A stretch of 63,126 nucleotides of DNA, counting the filler, from Octopus bimaculoides (Eukaryota), in NCBI RefSeq assembly GCF_001194135.2. It is 5 parts of 4 records of this genome, joined end to end, with 100 filler letters (N's around TTAATTAATTAA, not from the genome) between each part and the next. Parts side by side here need not be neighbours in the genome. Positions count along the whole stretch, not along the records: positions 35,549 to 54,891 come from NC_068994.1; 4 more parts are not named here. One strand, written 5' to 3'. Under the pieces are notes generated by a model. It was given only the letters and a program-made list of their open reading frames with translations, did not search any database and was not told the DNA's origin. A program made the translations under genes and the position numbers. Positions 40,131-51,967 of the stretch are shown here, piece by piece. Every line of letters begins with the position of its first letter. Position 1 is the stretch's first letter.

Positions 40131-41876
40131 TGACAAACACAAGCACATTTCGCATGTTTTGGGAGCCAGTTTTTTTTTTTAGTTTTTAAAAAGAGTGTTA
40201 CTATACATGAACATTTTACAAGATAACACGAAGCTTGGCATAGGTACGTCGAGGTATAAAATGTAAACCAATCACTCTCGATCTCTCTCAAATTATACTT
40301 CAAATCAAACTTCTTTGGCTTATGTCAAAATTGAATGATTTAGTCTAAGTTCAGTGACATTGGCTTGAGGAGTAGTAAATCTAACCACTAAGCCACGCAC
40401 CAAAGAACTGAGCCAACAAAACTGCTTTGCGGAATCATAGATGTGACTGAGACTAAACTACAGAAACAATTTCCAATAGAAACACATTGCTTTTCTTTTC
40501 CAAACAGTTTCTGGGCCAGTGCATAGCGTGAGTTTTGGTTGCCCTGTACAATAACCAAATTGGTCGCTTCCTTCTTTAAATGTAACATACCTACAACTAT
40601 AGCAAGCACACGTATATTAAGAGGCCGGCCTGTGCAGACCGCATACCTAACTGTTTTGAACTATACTAAAAGTTTACCTTCAATTCCCAACAATTTAACA
40701 TTTTTTATAGCAATTTTGGTTGGTATATGCTGTCAAAAATTTTGGATATATCTAGGTAAATAACAAACATCGAAACCCTGATCAATAAAATAAGCGCATT
40801 CATTAAAGTGTTCTTAACCCTGACGGTAACGCCTATTTGCAGACGTTGTGAACTCCCTAAGGCGGCAGGTGTCAAGTAGAAGCGCTGAGAGTTTTGAAGG
40901 ATTGGGATTTTACTTAGAAATAAAATATCTAAACTACGTACATTATTTTTATTTTAAATATATTTTCAAATAAAAAACATTTTTGTCGTTGTGTTATCAG
41001 TGAGCAGAAAGAAATATGGCTGATGATGCTTCAAGCCTCAATATAATTTCATTGCATAAATCTCCGCCTTGCTTTAACAATTTCGGTAACTTCCTATTTG
41101 ACGTTCGTAAAATCGTAGGGAAACAAAAACTTTATTTCAATAAAACATTTCATAATAATGAGTGGTACACACTACAAACAACGAGTAAAAAGTGAGGGAA
41201 AATGTTAGACTTATTTTGAAAAGAGTTTCGCCCTGGGCACTTGAGAACTCTTCAACAATTCACGTGGGGCGCACCAAACTATACAAGTCGCTGAATCTGA
41301 CAAAGATTGAGCGAGTGTCACAATTGTATGCCTTTCATAGATTATCTGCAAATTTGAAAGTATTTCGTTGTGATTCATAATAAAACGAGGAGCAACAGGG
41401 CGTCCACGAGACATGCTAATCAAGTTGAAATAAAATTGATACTAAAATTCCATTATACGAAGGGAACACAAGTCCATGCAAGTAATCTAAAAAGTGGCAC
41501 ATGCCTGATGGGATAGTACGAGGAAATCTGAATAATAAACCACGGCGCAAAATTAACTTCTGTTTGATTAAAATAACCTGTAGTGGAGTTGGGGTGGAGA
41601 GAAACAGCGAGAGGACGTTTACAAAACACTATTTGGTGAAAGGAAGCCTTGAGCTACAAAACCTGAAGAACCACTGATGTAGACCTTTTATTGATAAAGC
41701 TAAGCTGAAGTTTGGAAAGAACTTACTCGAGTACAATATTTCAACCCAATTTTCCCTTTTATAATAGATTCCATAACCTTAACACAAGAAACAGAATGGG
41801 AATTTTTAACATTTGATAAGTCACTTTCATGAATCGGAGTGATCGAAATCGCATTTTAATTATTTCAAAATTATTC

Positions 41877-42039
41877 GGTAAATTTTCAGATTAACACCCG
41901 CACGATTTTCACTAGGGTGTTAAGGTTAGGGTTAGGGTTTAGGGTTACGGTTAGGGATGAAATTCCCTAACCCTAACCCTAAAACCCTAACCCTAACACC
42001 CTATTGAAAATCGTGCGGGTGTTAATCTGAAAATTTACC
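41877..42039. mobile_element. Foldback MITE with telomeric repeats and 8-bp TSD (Merlin-like)
   Basis: About 45-bp near-perfect TIR GGTAAATTTTCAGATTAACACCCGCACGATTTTCA; (TTAGGG)n facing (CCCTAA)n; TSD AATTATTC at 41869-41876 and 42040-42047. Confidence 0.9.
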
Positions 42040-42072
42040 AATTATTCTGACCACGACAGCTAATGTAATATT

Positions 42073-42269
42073 GGTTTCAAATTTTGGCACAAGGCCAGCA
42101 ATTTTGGGGGAGGGATAAGTCGATTACATTGACCTCAGTACGTGACTGGTACTTATTTTATCGACCCCCTGAAAAGATGAAAGGCAAAGTCGACCTCGGT
42201 GGAATTTGAACTCAGAACGTATAGACAGACGAAATGCCTTGTTAAAGATTCTGCCAGCTCACTGCCTTA
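42073..42269 (-). mobile_element. SINE family 3
   Basis: Clean reverse-complement copy. Confidence 0.9.
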
Positions 42270-42506
42270 ATAGAAATGTGATATTAACATTTTTTTAAAT
42301 AACAGAACCTGAAGAATATCTTTGATTCTTGTTACAGCTAAAGATCGCAATTTTAGACTATGTTCGTATACAGAAAGAGGTAGTCAAAGTGGGCGATAAT
42401 ATCCTTTAGGGATATCTCCCCCCCCCCCTCTCCAATGCTTTACTCCCCCTTTTTTCTTTCTTTTCCTTTCTTATCTCTCTTCTTTCTTGTTTCTTTGCAT
42501 TCAAAT

Positions 42507-42801
42507 CAATGGTTCCCAAAGTGTACAGTACTACTGCCTTGGGGGAGGTGAAAAGCTCCCGGGTGGAGAGTTGAAGAAAAGAGGGGTGATAATGGGAGGT
42601 CAAAAAAAAAGGGAGATGGATGTAAAAGAAACCAAAATGATGGGTTAATTAGGTTAAGATTTTTTTTTTTTGTGAGATGCAGTTGTTTTGAATTTGCTGC
42701 AGAAAGTGGACAATGATTGTGCAGGTGAGTGGGGTGGAGGCGTTAGGATTGTGGCCTGGGTGCCAAGAGGCCCGCAGTCTGGAATACTTTGGGAACCACT
42801 G
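42507..42801. mobile_element. hAT-type MITE
   Basis: TIR CAATGGTTCCCAAAGT / ACTTTGGGAACCACTG; TSD ATTCAAAT vs ATTTAAAT (7/8). Confidence 0.8.
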
Positions 42802-43169
42802 ATTTAAATCTAAAACTCTCTGTCTGTTCTGGAAAAACTCGCCACTTATGTGGGCGCTAGGCATAACAACTGAGAAAAACAAAAAGTGGGGTAAGAAGAA
42901 CCACTGCTGTAGATTTGTAAATGTTTGATAGTTGTCATAGAGACTTTAGTCTCTCTATCACCTTTCAACAGCTTAGCAGCCGCTGATTAAGTTGTGCTTT
43001 GGTATTGGAAGGTTAAGGGTTTCCTTGATGCTTGCCAGAGAAGCAAGTAGCTATCACCATCGAAGGCATAGAGGTGAAGAGTGCTTCGTTGAGGAGCGAG
43101 GAGTTGTCACGTAGAAGGTCTGTTGCGCAACTGCCTAACAAAGTGAACCTCACTCTTTAAGTACCAGTT

Positions 43170-43325
43170 TTACTACGCATGCGCACTCGAGGGGCTTCCG
43201 GTGGTGAAGTCCCCTGCGCATGCGCAGAATAGTACTTCCTCAATGGCGGCTATAATTTCGCGCCACTACAGATTAATCGTATTGAAGAACGAACAACCGC
43301 TCATTGTAAACAGGAGCTGTAAGCA
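43170..43325 (+). promoter_or_regulatory. Candidate housekeeping-type promoter and first exon
   Basis: Two NRF1-type CGCATGCGCA sites (43176, 43215), ETS-like CTTCCGGT (43195) and ACTTCC, YY1-like AATGGCGGC with ATG at 43243, donor-like CT|GTAAGC at 43319. Confidence 0.4.
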
Positions 43326-43824
43326 ACACATTTACTGCAGAGGAGTTGTAATTGTTTATCATTAGTCGGAATCACAACTCAATTTAATGTTGTATATAAT
43401 ACTTTGTTTACCACATGAATGAGTTGACATATATTGTCTTCGTTCATACGCTCTATTTTTTTTATTTTCAATTTTCGACAAGCTAATTATACAAGCGGAA
43501 TCCGTGAAAATTATTGAATGAAAGTCCTGTTACATTTTTGACATGATCACATTGAGGGTTATTATTTATTTATCTATTTATCTATCTATTTATTTATTTA
43601 TTTATTTATCTATTTATTTATTTATTTATTCATTTATCTATCTCCAAGGTAATCTCTCGTAGCCCGAGAAAGACGGTTCTGCAATTTATAATTGTTTTTT
43701 GTTTTCGTTGAACAAGCTGCACAAATGATTTGTTTTATATCAATCAAATGTTTTTGTGCTGTACATTAGCTCACTCTCTCCATCAAATCAACGTTGTCTG
43801 AATAGGTGCAGGTATCGAAGTGGT

Positions 43825-43937
43825 GAGCTGAAGTGTTTTGCTCAAGAACACAGTGCACCACCCGGTCCAAGAATTGGAACCACCATCACACAATCATGAA
43901 GGCAATACCCTAATCACTCTAGGCCATGCATACTCAC
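43825..43937 (-). mobile_element. Partial CORE-SINE family 1
   Basis: GAAGTGTTTTGCTCAAGAACACAG...CCCGGTCCAAGAATTGGAACC. Confidence 0.7.
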
Positions 43938-44016
43938 ACCTATTTAATACTTACGGTAAAATAAGCATTAATTTTTACATTCTAATGTTACTGTTTTCTT
44001 TCTTGGCAGATTACAC

Positions 44017-44605
44017 CAGTGATTTGGCAAACTGAGGCCCGCGGGACCTTCTGAATGGCACAGCTAATGAAAAATTACTTTGAATTTTTTTAAAAGTGCA
44101 ACCCGATTCTCGAAAAAGATTGTCTATGTCGTCATTACACTGAAGTGGTTAAATTCGTATAGATTTTAAAAGCAAAATAAGTTTAAATTTAACACCAAAT
44201 CAGACTCTACATACTACATAGATTCAAAAGGGACTCTTCTTCTACAATGAAAAAGGCAAGAAATATTCATTCTGTCAATGGGAACGAAGTTTTAACCCAT
44301 AAAGCGCTGGGATTTGCACTTATGTAAGTGCATGGACTGCTGAGCACATTTTATGAAAATGAGACTACCATGCACACATAAAAAAAACAAAAATAGTTTT
44401 ACATAATCTGAAAAGTCATTAGTTGAACTATTAGTCCTCTTGCATTCTGGGGGATATCGGAGTGTTTGAGTGACATTAGACCCCAACAAACGCCCATAAA
44501 TTAAATGCATCTATCTGGGTCACGATCGTGGCCTGTCGACCTGTGCCTGACGGCCACAATCGTGGCCCGTCGTGCTTTATGTGTTAAATATCCGGACATA
44601 CCTGA
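44017..44605 (+). mobile_element. hAT (Charlie-like) non-autonomous relic
   Basis: CAGTGATTTGGCAAACTGAGGCCCGCGGG start; GTGGCC subterminal repeats at 44528-44577; no TSD confirmed. Confidence 0.45.
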
Positions 44606-45629
44606 TATTTAACATAGTCCTACATGCTCTTAACAGAAGATAAGATAGTCATGATGGAATACGATTGATCATTAGCATGGTCGGATTAAGGGGTCTTAGA
44701 TCATAAAATGTAGTTAATCACATTATGGTTACCTTTATGGATTCATCTGCATATTTGAAGGATCAATGTGTAAAGATCAACTATTACAAGGAGAGGAAGA
44801 ATCGAAATGAATACCAGAGTTCCATTATCTATTTTACCTAAAGCTAGATATTAACCTTGTTAGTCAACATGTTCGAGAAATTTTAAAATGTTAAGGCTGG
44901 AAGACGATGGTTCACACGCAGTAAATTATATCGCGAATTGGAATGGATGGACGTTTTCTCTCTATGAATCTTGATTTCGTTCTAAACCAGAGATGGGGAA
45001 ACCCTTGCCCGCGGGCACAATTGCGCTTCCAGGTAAACTCGTATGTACAAAATATAGTAAATTTTACAATTATAAATTTATACAATATTCGTATGCCTTT
45101 TGCGACAATTGGTCGCGTTTCCATTAGGACTTAAAACGGTTAGACTCGAACACAAAATCGTCCGGCAATTGCCATTTGAATGGACACTATAAAACACATA
45201 TTGCTAGGTTTGTACCACCCCCTTGAAACCCAACTACACTCTAGCTGAAAAATATAGAATATCGCATAAGTAATGTAAACGTCCTAAATTCAGTGGTGGC
45301 GTTAATGAAGATGCTACGCATTCATTTAATGTGTTAAACTTATCTTTATTAATGTACTAGCAGTATAACCCGACCTTGTCCGGATGTGACTTATTACGCC
45401 ATCTACGATAAGTCTTGCTAGGTGAAAATCAACTAAAAAAGAAAGCCTTACAACGAAAAAAACCCTTATGATGTAAATATGCTCATAATTCAAAAGACGA
45501 TGAAATTAATAGGGAAAGTCTGAAGGCTGTTTTGCGTAACATTATTAAGCGTACGTAAATTTCATCCGTCTAATTGGCTATAGAAATGCTTGTGTAAAAC
45601 AACCTTTTGCGCTGCCCTGGTTATACATA

Positions 45630-46914
45630 GCAGGGTAATCCCTTTTCGTAGGAGCTAGGACGGCAATTTGTGATGAAGCAATTGCTGGCGATCTGTTGCT
45701 ACACAGTTTTGCCAGAATTCTATCAGATTGGGCAGATGTTGATGCACCANNNNNNNNNNNNNNNNNNNNNNNNNNNNNNNNNNNNNNNNNNNNNNNNNNN
45801 NNNNNNNNNNNNNNNNNNNNNNNNNNNNNNNNNNNNNNNNNNNNNNNNNNNNNNNNNNNNNNNNNNNNNNNNNNNNNNNNNNNNNNNNNNNNNNNNNNNN
45901 NNNNNNNNNNNNNNNNNNNNNNNNNNNNNNNNNNNNNNNNNNNNNNNNNNNNNNNNNNNNNNNNNNNNNNNNNNNNNNNNNNNNNNNNNNNNNNNNNNNN
46001 NNNNNNNNNNNNNNNNNNNNNNNNNNNNNNNNNNNNNNNNNNNNNNNNNNNNNNNNNNNNNNNNNNNNNNNNNNNNNNNNNNNNNNNNNNNNNNNNNNNN
46101 NNNNNNNNNNNNNNNNNNNNNNNNNNNNNNNNNNNNNNNNNNNNNNNNNNNNNNNNNNNNNNNNNNNNNNNNNNNNNNNNNNNNNNNNNNNNNNNNNNNN
46201 NNNNNNNNNNNNNNNNNNNNNNNNNNNNNNNNNNNNNNNNNNNNNNNNNNNNNNNNNNNNNNNNNNNNNNNNNNNNNNNNNNNNNNNNNNNNNNNNNNNN
46301 NNNNNNNNNNNNNNNNNNNNNNNNNNNNNNNNNNNNNNNNNNNNNNNNNNNNNNNNNNNNNNNNNNNNNNNNNNNNNNNNNNNNNNNNNNNNNNNNNNNN
46401 NNNNNNNNNNNNNNNNCGAATGTCCTCTCTCAAACACTTGAAAACGTCGCAGAACTCTCGATTGACGGTCTGGCTCTGGAGGATGGTCTGGATCTCGATG
46501 CACAATACCGTGAATGTCAAAAAAATAAAAAATAAAAAACGATGATCATACTCTTGATTGAGCTGCGGCTTTTGAAGCGCCCGTGCCACTCAAAACATTG
46601 AGCATGCTTTGGCAAACTTACAGTGACGAGCCAATGTGTCATATGCAATGTCTCTGTAGCAGACTTCCCAAGTTTAACGCAAAATTTTACGTTGGCTCTT
46701 TGTTCCAACTTCCTGTCCATGACAAAATCGCAGACTACAGCATACATGTGATCACAAATATATCAATTTAACAACTTGCAAAGTAAACACAACGATGTCA
46801 CCCAGTACACTGTCTCATGAAGGTCACTGCTAGCTCTCACTGCACGCACAACTGTGTGCTGCCATCTGTTGGCGCGCTACAGAACTAGTCTTGGAACTTT
46901 TTGGTACTACCTCG
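45630..46914 (-). mobile_element. Mariner element spanning an N gap
   Basis: ATG at 46720: MDRKLEQRANVKFCVKLGKSATETL...CFEWHGRFKS. 5' TIR CGAGGTAGTACCAAAAAGTTCC next to TA at 46915. Left of the gap, LIEFWQNCVATD resembles the mariner C-terminus at about the expected distance. Right part is solid; left end tentative. Confidence 0.75.
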
Positions 46915-47202
46915 TATATAAGCACGATATTTTCTCGTATTACGCAGCCCTGATATATAAGTTAAATATTTCGTGATACACACAACTTTAATATAATGTA
47001 GACTAACACCTGTGTGGCTTGACATCGAAAATGTTACTATATTAAAGCAAACTTGTTATTTGTGCTTATGCGAATTGTTTAACAGCAGGAAGTTAAAGTA
47101 GAAATTGTACATAATACAGTGTTTATTGCTTGTTTTAAAAAATGCTCTATTCGATTCGTTCGACCGACCTTTATTAACGTCAAAAATACAAACTGAGCTT
47201 AA

Positions 47203-47270
47203 TCTATAATCAAAGCGAAATTCTGTCTGTCCATCTGGGACCCCTGTATCTCAGCTCAGTCTACATTTGC
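47203..47270 (+). mobile_element. Possible non-autonomous Helitron 5' end
   Basis: A|TCTATAATCAAAGCGAAATTCTGTCTGTCC pattern; 3' end not located. Confidence 0.3.
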
Positions 47271-47499
47271 TCTAGATAGACATATTATACTTATTTGGAA
47301 TCAGGATGACTCTGGGTTTGAAAATTTGCCCTTCATTTAGTTATTGAACATTCAGTATTAGGATCTGATTTAAAAGCATTTGGGTTGCTATTTCTGGCAG
47401 GTAAAGCGACTGCGAGAGGTTTCAGAGCCATAGTATTACTGAGATAGGTGAACAAGAGTTACCTCGCTTAGCTTAAAGTTTTACTAAGGAATTTAGTTG

Positions 47500-47704
47500 T
47501 CCTTTTATCTTTTTCAGCTTGCGACCAAGCTGGGGCACCGCCTTGAAGAATTTTAATCGAACAAATCGACACCAGTTCTTTCTTTTTTATGCCTGGTACT
47601 TTTTTATTGGCCTCTTTTACCGAACCGCTAAGTTAGATGAACGTAAACACACCAACACCAGTTATTAAGCGGTGGTGGGGGACAAACACAGACACAAAGC
47701 CACA

Positions 47705-47705
<1 letters not shown>
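47500..47705 (-). mobile_element. Family 2 SINE 3' part
   Basis: Homologous to 20470-20710. Confidence 0.8.
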
Positions 47706-47748
<43 letters not shown>

Positions 47749-47749
47749 G

Positions 47750-48119
47750 GAATTTACAAAAAATAAACAAGACAAAAGACGAAGACGGGTGTGTAAACGA
47801 CAAGCAGATGTATCAGTTTAACGCTCGGGAAGTAAGAAAGTCTTTTACGTTTCGAGCCTAAGCTCTTCAACAGAAAGGAACACAGAAATAAAAAGAGAGG
47901 AGTTAGATAAAGAGGGAAGGAAAGTTGAGCCCATGAGGTGCAAAGGAGCGAAGACAGAAGATTAATTTCTGTTCACGGCGAAGACGGGAGTCCGGATGGC
48001 CCCTGTACGAGAACAATCTGAATATAGGTGTTGTAAAGAATGACCGGTACAGCGGAAATGGCGCGAGACCGGGATGTCATTGTCGAGTCTGATGTCTCGG
48101 AGGTGTTCCGCGAACCGGT
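47750..48119 (-). mobile_element. Penelope-like element 3' end (GIY-YIG C-terminus plus pLTR with hammerhead motif)
   Basis: RFAEHLRDIRLDNDIPVSRHFRCTGHSLQHL, then RLRREQKLIFCLRSFAPHGLN; followed by CTTT-CTGTTGA-A-GAGC-TTAG-GCTC-GAAACGTA-AAAG. Confidence 0.85.
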
Positions 48120-49189
48120 NNNNNNNNNNNNNNNNNNNNNNNNNNNNNNNNNNNNNNNNNNNNNNNNNNNNNNNNNNNNNNNNNNNNNNNNNNNNNNNNN
48201 NNNNNNNNNNNNNNNNNNNNNNNNNNNNNNNNNNNNNNNNNNNNNNNNNNNNNNNNNNNNNNNNNNNNNNNNNNNNNNNNNNNNNNNNNNNNNNNNNNNN
48301 NNNNNNNNNNNNNNNNNNNNNNNNNNNNNNNNNNNNNNNNNNNNNNNNNNNNNNNNNNNNNNNNNNNNNNNNNNNNNNNNNNNNNNNNNNNNNNNNNNNN
48401 NNNNNNNNNNNNNNNNNNNNNNNNNNNNNNNNNNNNNNNNNNNNNNNNNNNNNNNNNNNNNNNNNNNNNNNNNNNNNNNNNNNNNNNNNNNNNNNNNNNN
48501 NNNNNNNNNNNNNNNNNNNNNNNNNNNNNNNNNNNNNNNNNNNNNNNNNNNNNNNNNNNNNNNNNNNNNNNNNNNNNNNNNNNNNNNNNNNNNNNNNNNN
48601 NNNNNNNNNNNNNNNNNNNNNNNNNNNNNNNNNNNNNNNNNNNNNNNNNNNNNNNNNNNNNNNNNNNNNNNNNNNNNNNNNNNNNNNNNNNNNNNNNNNN
48701 NNNNNNNNNNNNNNNNNNNNNNNNNNNNNNNNNNNNNNNNNNNNNNNNNNNNNNNNNNNNNNNNNNNNNNNNNNNNNNNNNNNNNNNNNNNNNNNNNNNN
48801 NNNNNNNNNNNNNNNNNNNNNNNNNNNNNNNNNNNNNNNNNNNNNNNNNNNNNNNNNNNNNNNNNNNNNNNNNNNNNNNNNNNNNNNNNNNNNNNNNNNN
48901 NNNNNNNNNNNNNNNNNNNNNNNNNNNNNNNNNNNNNNNNNGTGGACTCTGTTGGAATTTCCGAAAATTGTCCCCCACCCCCATTTTCACCGGAAATTTT
49001 TGTATATTCGGATTCTACATAGTAAATACTATATGCATAGAAAATTTCATTAAAAAAAATATTCATTTTTCTGAAAGTTATGACCTCCCAAAGTCTGGGG
49101 GGTAAAACCCTGTAGTTATGCCAAAAAATATTCATTTTTCTGGGGATTATGAGGAAACGAAGTCGGGGGGAACACATGTACAGGACGAT

Positions 49190-49310
49190 GTCGACTTTGC
49201 CTTTCATCCTTTCGGGGTCGATAAATTAAGTACCAGTCAAGCATTGGGGTCGATGTAATCAACTGATCCCCTCCTCCAAAATTCCAGGCTTTGTGCTTAT
49301 AGTAGAAAGG

Positions 49311-49346
<36 letters not shown>

Positions 49347-49900
49347 TTACTTTCATTCTTTAGGGGTCGATAAAATAAGTACCAGTTGAACACTGGAGTC
49401 GATGTAATCGACTTATCCCCTCCCCCGAACTTGCTGACCTTGTGCCAAAATTTGAAACCATAATTATAATTATTGCAAAGGTGGCGAGCTAGCAGAACCG
49501 TTAGCATGCCGGACAAAATGCTTAGCGGTATCTTGTCCGTCTTTACGTTGTGAGTTCAAATTCTGCCGAGGTCGACTTTGCCTTTTAGCTTTTTGGGGTC
49601 AATAGAATAAGTACCATAATCTACTGTCCCCCGCCCCCACAATTTCATGCTTTGTGCCTGTAGTAGAAAGGATTATTGTTGTAAAAGCGGTGAGCTGGCA
49701 GAATCGTTAGCACGCCGAACAAAATGGTTAACGACATTTCGTACGACTCTTTACATTCTAAGTTCAAATACCGCCGAGTTCAACTTTGCCTTTAATCCTT
49801 TCGGAGTCGATAAAAAAATGTGCTAGCAAGTACTGGGGTCAATGTAATTGACTTCTCCTCTCCTCAGAATTGCTGGCCTTATGCCAAAATTAGAAAGAAT
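49190..49900 (+). mobile_element. Head-to-tail array of four family 3 SINEs
   Basis: Units at about 49190, 49349, 49478 and 49683; tails alternate GTGC(T/C)T(A/G)TAGTAGAAAGG and (G/A)TGCCAAAATT. Confidence 0.9.
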
Positions 49901-50336
49901 TATAATTGTAATTTCTTTAATCTAAAATGTGTTGGGATTTGGAAGTATTCTGTGTGTTGGAATCAATCAGTCGTCCATAGGCATTCTTTCATAAAAGTTA
50001 GAAGTGTAATACAGCAGTAATAGAGCATGTGCAGAATCGCTTAATTAGAATTGATAAGAGTCGTGTTTCGTTATTGTCGATAGCTTACAAAAGACAGTTT
50101 TCTTGGATCGCAGAAACATTCAGAGAATCGGATCAACCGAAAACACCAGTCATTCATAAAAGTTGAAGGCTGTATAGTACAATAGTAATAAAACATTTAG
50201 CGAGAGGTTCCTGAAACATAGGAGGAGGGGGGCGTAACATATGCGGTAATCGTTGTACTAATGAGTGCGCTTCTACGCGATCGCTCGACATGATATGGGA
50301 ATTTTATGTCTGGCACATCTGATTATAGATCTACTG

Positions 50337-50779
50337 CAGTGGATCTCAACCAGGGTTTATATGCTCCTTGGGGGCCCACGCAAGTAAAACAGTAATTTGA
50401 GGTTCGGCGGAAATAAAGAGTATGCACACCATCCGTTTTCGGTGTAACAAAGACCCTAACCCTAACTGCAACCCTAAATACCGGGTGCGCGTATTCCTTA
50501 CTTTCGCCTGGGAGATCTACAGTATTATTAAGAGTCCATATGAAAATTTTGCTTTGAATGTTTTTATTGCAAGAAACAGCTAGGTTTCTTTCCCTAACGC
50601 TTAACATAGATTAACGTTTCTTGCTAACGTATGCAAGTGAACGTATAAAAAGCAAAATAGGAATTTTGAAAGCAGTGTCTATAAAACTAGTTTTTAAAAC
50701 ATCGAATGGGCTCCACCAGAATAAAATAGTAATCAAAGGCGGTCCATAAGTAAAAAAAAAAAATGGTTGAGAACCACTG
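50337..50779 (+). mobile_element. hAT-type MITE with perfect 8-bp TSD
   Basis: TIR CAGTGGATCTCAACC / GGTTGAGAACCACTG; TSD ATCTACTG at 50329-50336 and 50780-50787. Confidence 0.9.
50406..50508. mobile_element. Telomeric-repeat MITE nested in the hAT MITE
   Basis: GGCGGAAATAAAGAGTATGCACACC ... GGTGCGCGTATTCCTTACTTTCGCC with CCCTAACCCTAA inside; absent from the 26184 copy of the host MITE. Confidence 0.8.
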
Positions 50780-50789
50780 ATCTACTGTA

Positions 50790-51260
50790 TCAGAGTTGAC
50801 CTGGGGTTAAACACCAGCCATCGTAACATACATCATGCGAGACAGCCTCGACAAAAGTCGCTCGACCTGTTAATTTTATTCTAATCACCACCACTACCGT
50901 CTTAAAATAAAAATGAACACATTGAACAACAACAACAACAACAAAAAACAATATGGGGTGGTCATGGCCGGAAAGCATTTGCGCATTATTCTGCGCAGAG
51001 CTAGCCTGGGGCTGAACAACAGCCGCAAACACGTGAGTCAACGAGGGAGCTTCCATGTGATCACCCTATCTTCTAGAAATAACAGCAAAATCTCCTTTAA
51101 ATCACACCTACTATCTTTAAAAAAAAGGAGTTATAGGAAAATGTGTTTTTCGATAAACTGTATCGGAAGGCAGAATAATTAGAATGGTTACGGCTGGACT
51201 GTCATTTGATCACAGGACTGCTTGATCAACGCTGACTTGGAGGCTAAACAACAAATCAAA
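50790..51260 (+). repeat. Two copies of an abundant interspersed repeat ending in (AAC)n
   Basis: CTAGAAATAACAGCAAAATCTCCTTTAAATCACACC motif, with relatives near 720, 8400 and 28300. Confidence 0.6.
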
Positions 51261-51967
51261 CAGCACATAAAAACAAAAGCATAACTACACTTGAGTGCCC
51301 CACCCTTTTGATTTGACTTTGTTTCCTCACAACTTTTTAAGGTATAATTTTAATGAAATTTTTCTGAGATACGAAGATATACATAACGATTGTCTTGGTG
51401 GGATTTTTTCGCTCATAATGAGTATTCAATAACTTGTACAACATAAAGAAAAAGGCTATCTTAAGATCGTCAAAAAGAAAATATAACGTTATCTACATAA
51501 AATTCATTATCAACATAAAATGAAAATGTACAATAAAACTTTCCCCAATTTATGTTTAGCTTACTACGCACGGTATACATCAAAAGTATTCAGTAAGAAT
51601 AATTTCAACTTGAGAAATCTCTTTTCCATTTTTTTTTTTTTAATCATGTCTTCCAATTTCAAATGTTGATAATGAATAATATCAAATAGGTTAATGCTTT
51701 TAATGTTGAGCAACTATCATGCTCAAGCTGCTGAAAGGTTTTTAAAAATGTATGAATTAATGAATTGTTTGTTTTCTGTTTGAGTAAGAAAAAAATTTTT
51801 TAACATTTTAAAAATATTTCATGGAGATAATCATCATGTATACTCTTCGGAAATGTATCTCTGCACGATTATATATAAATATATATTTTTTATTAAGAAA
51901 GTCATAAAGAGACAAAGTCAGAAAGGGTGCAGCACCAACTAGAGTTATGCCAAAATAACAAACATAC

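Noticed and set aside
44733-44780. 48-nt minus-strand exon-like unit with good splice sites, a possible exon 2 of the 52265 gene
   Set aside because: Stops in all three frames.
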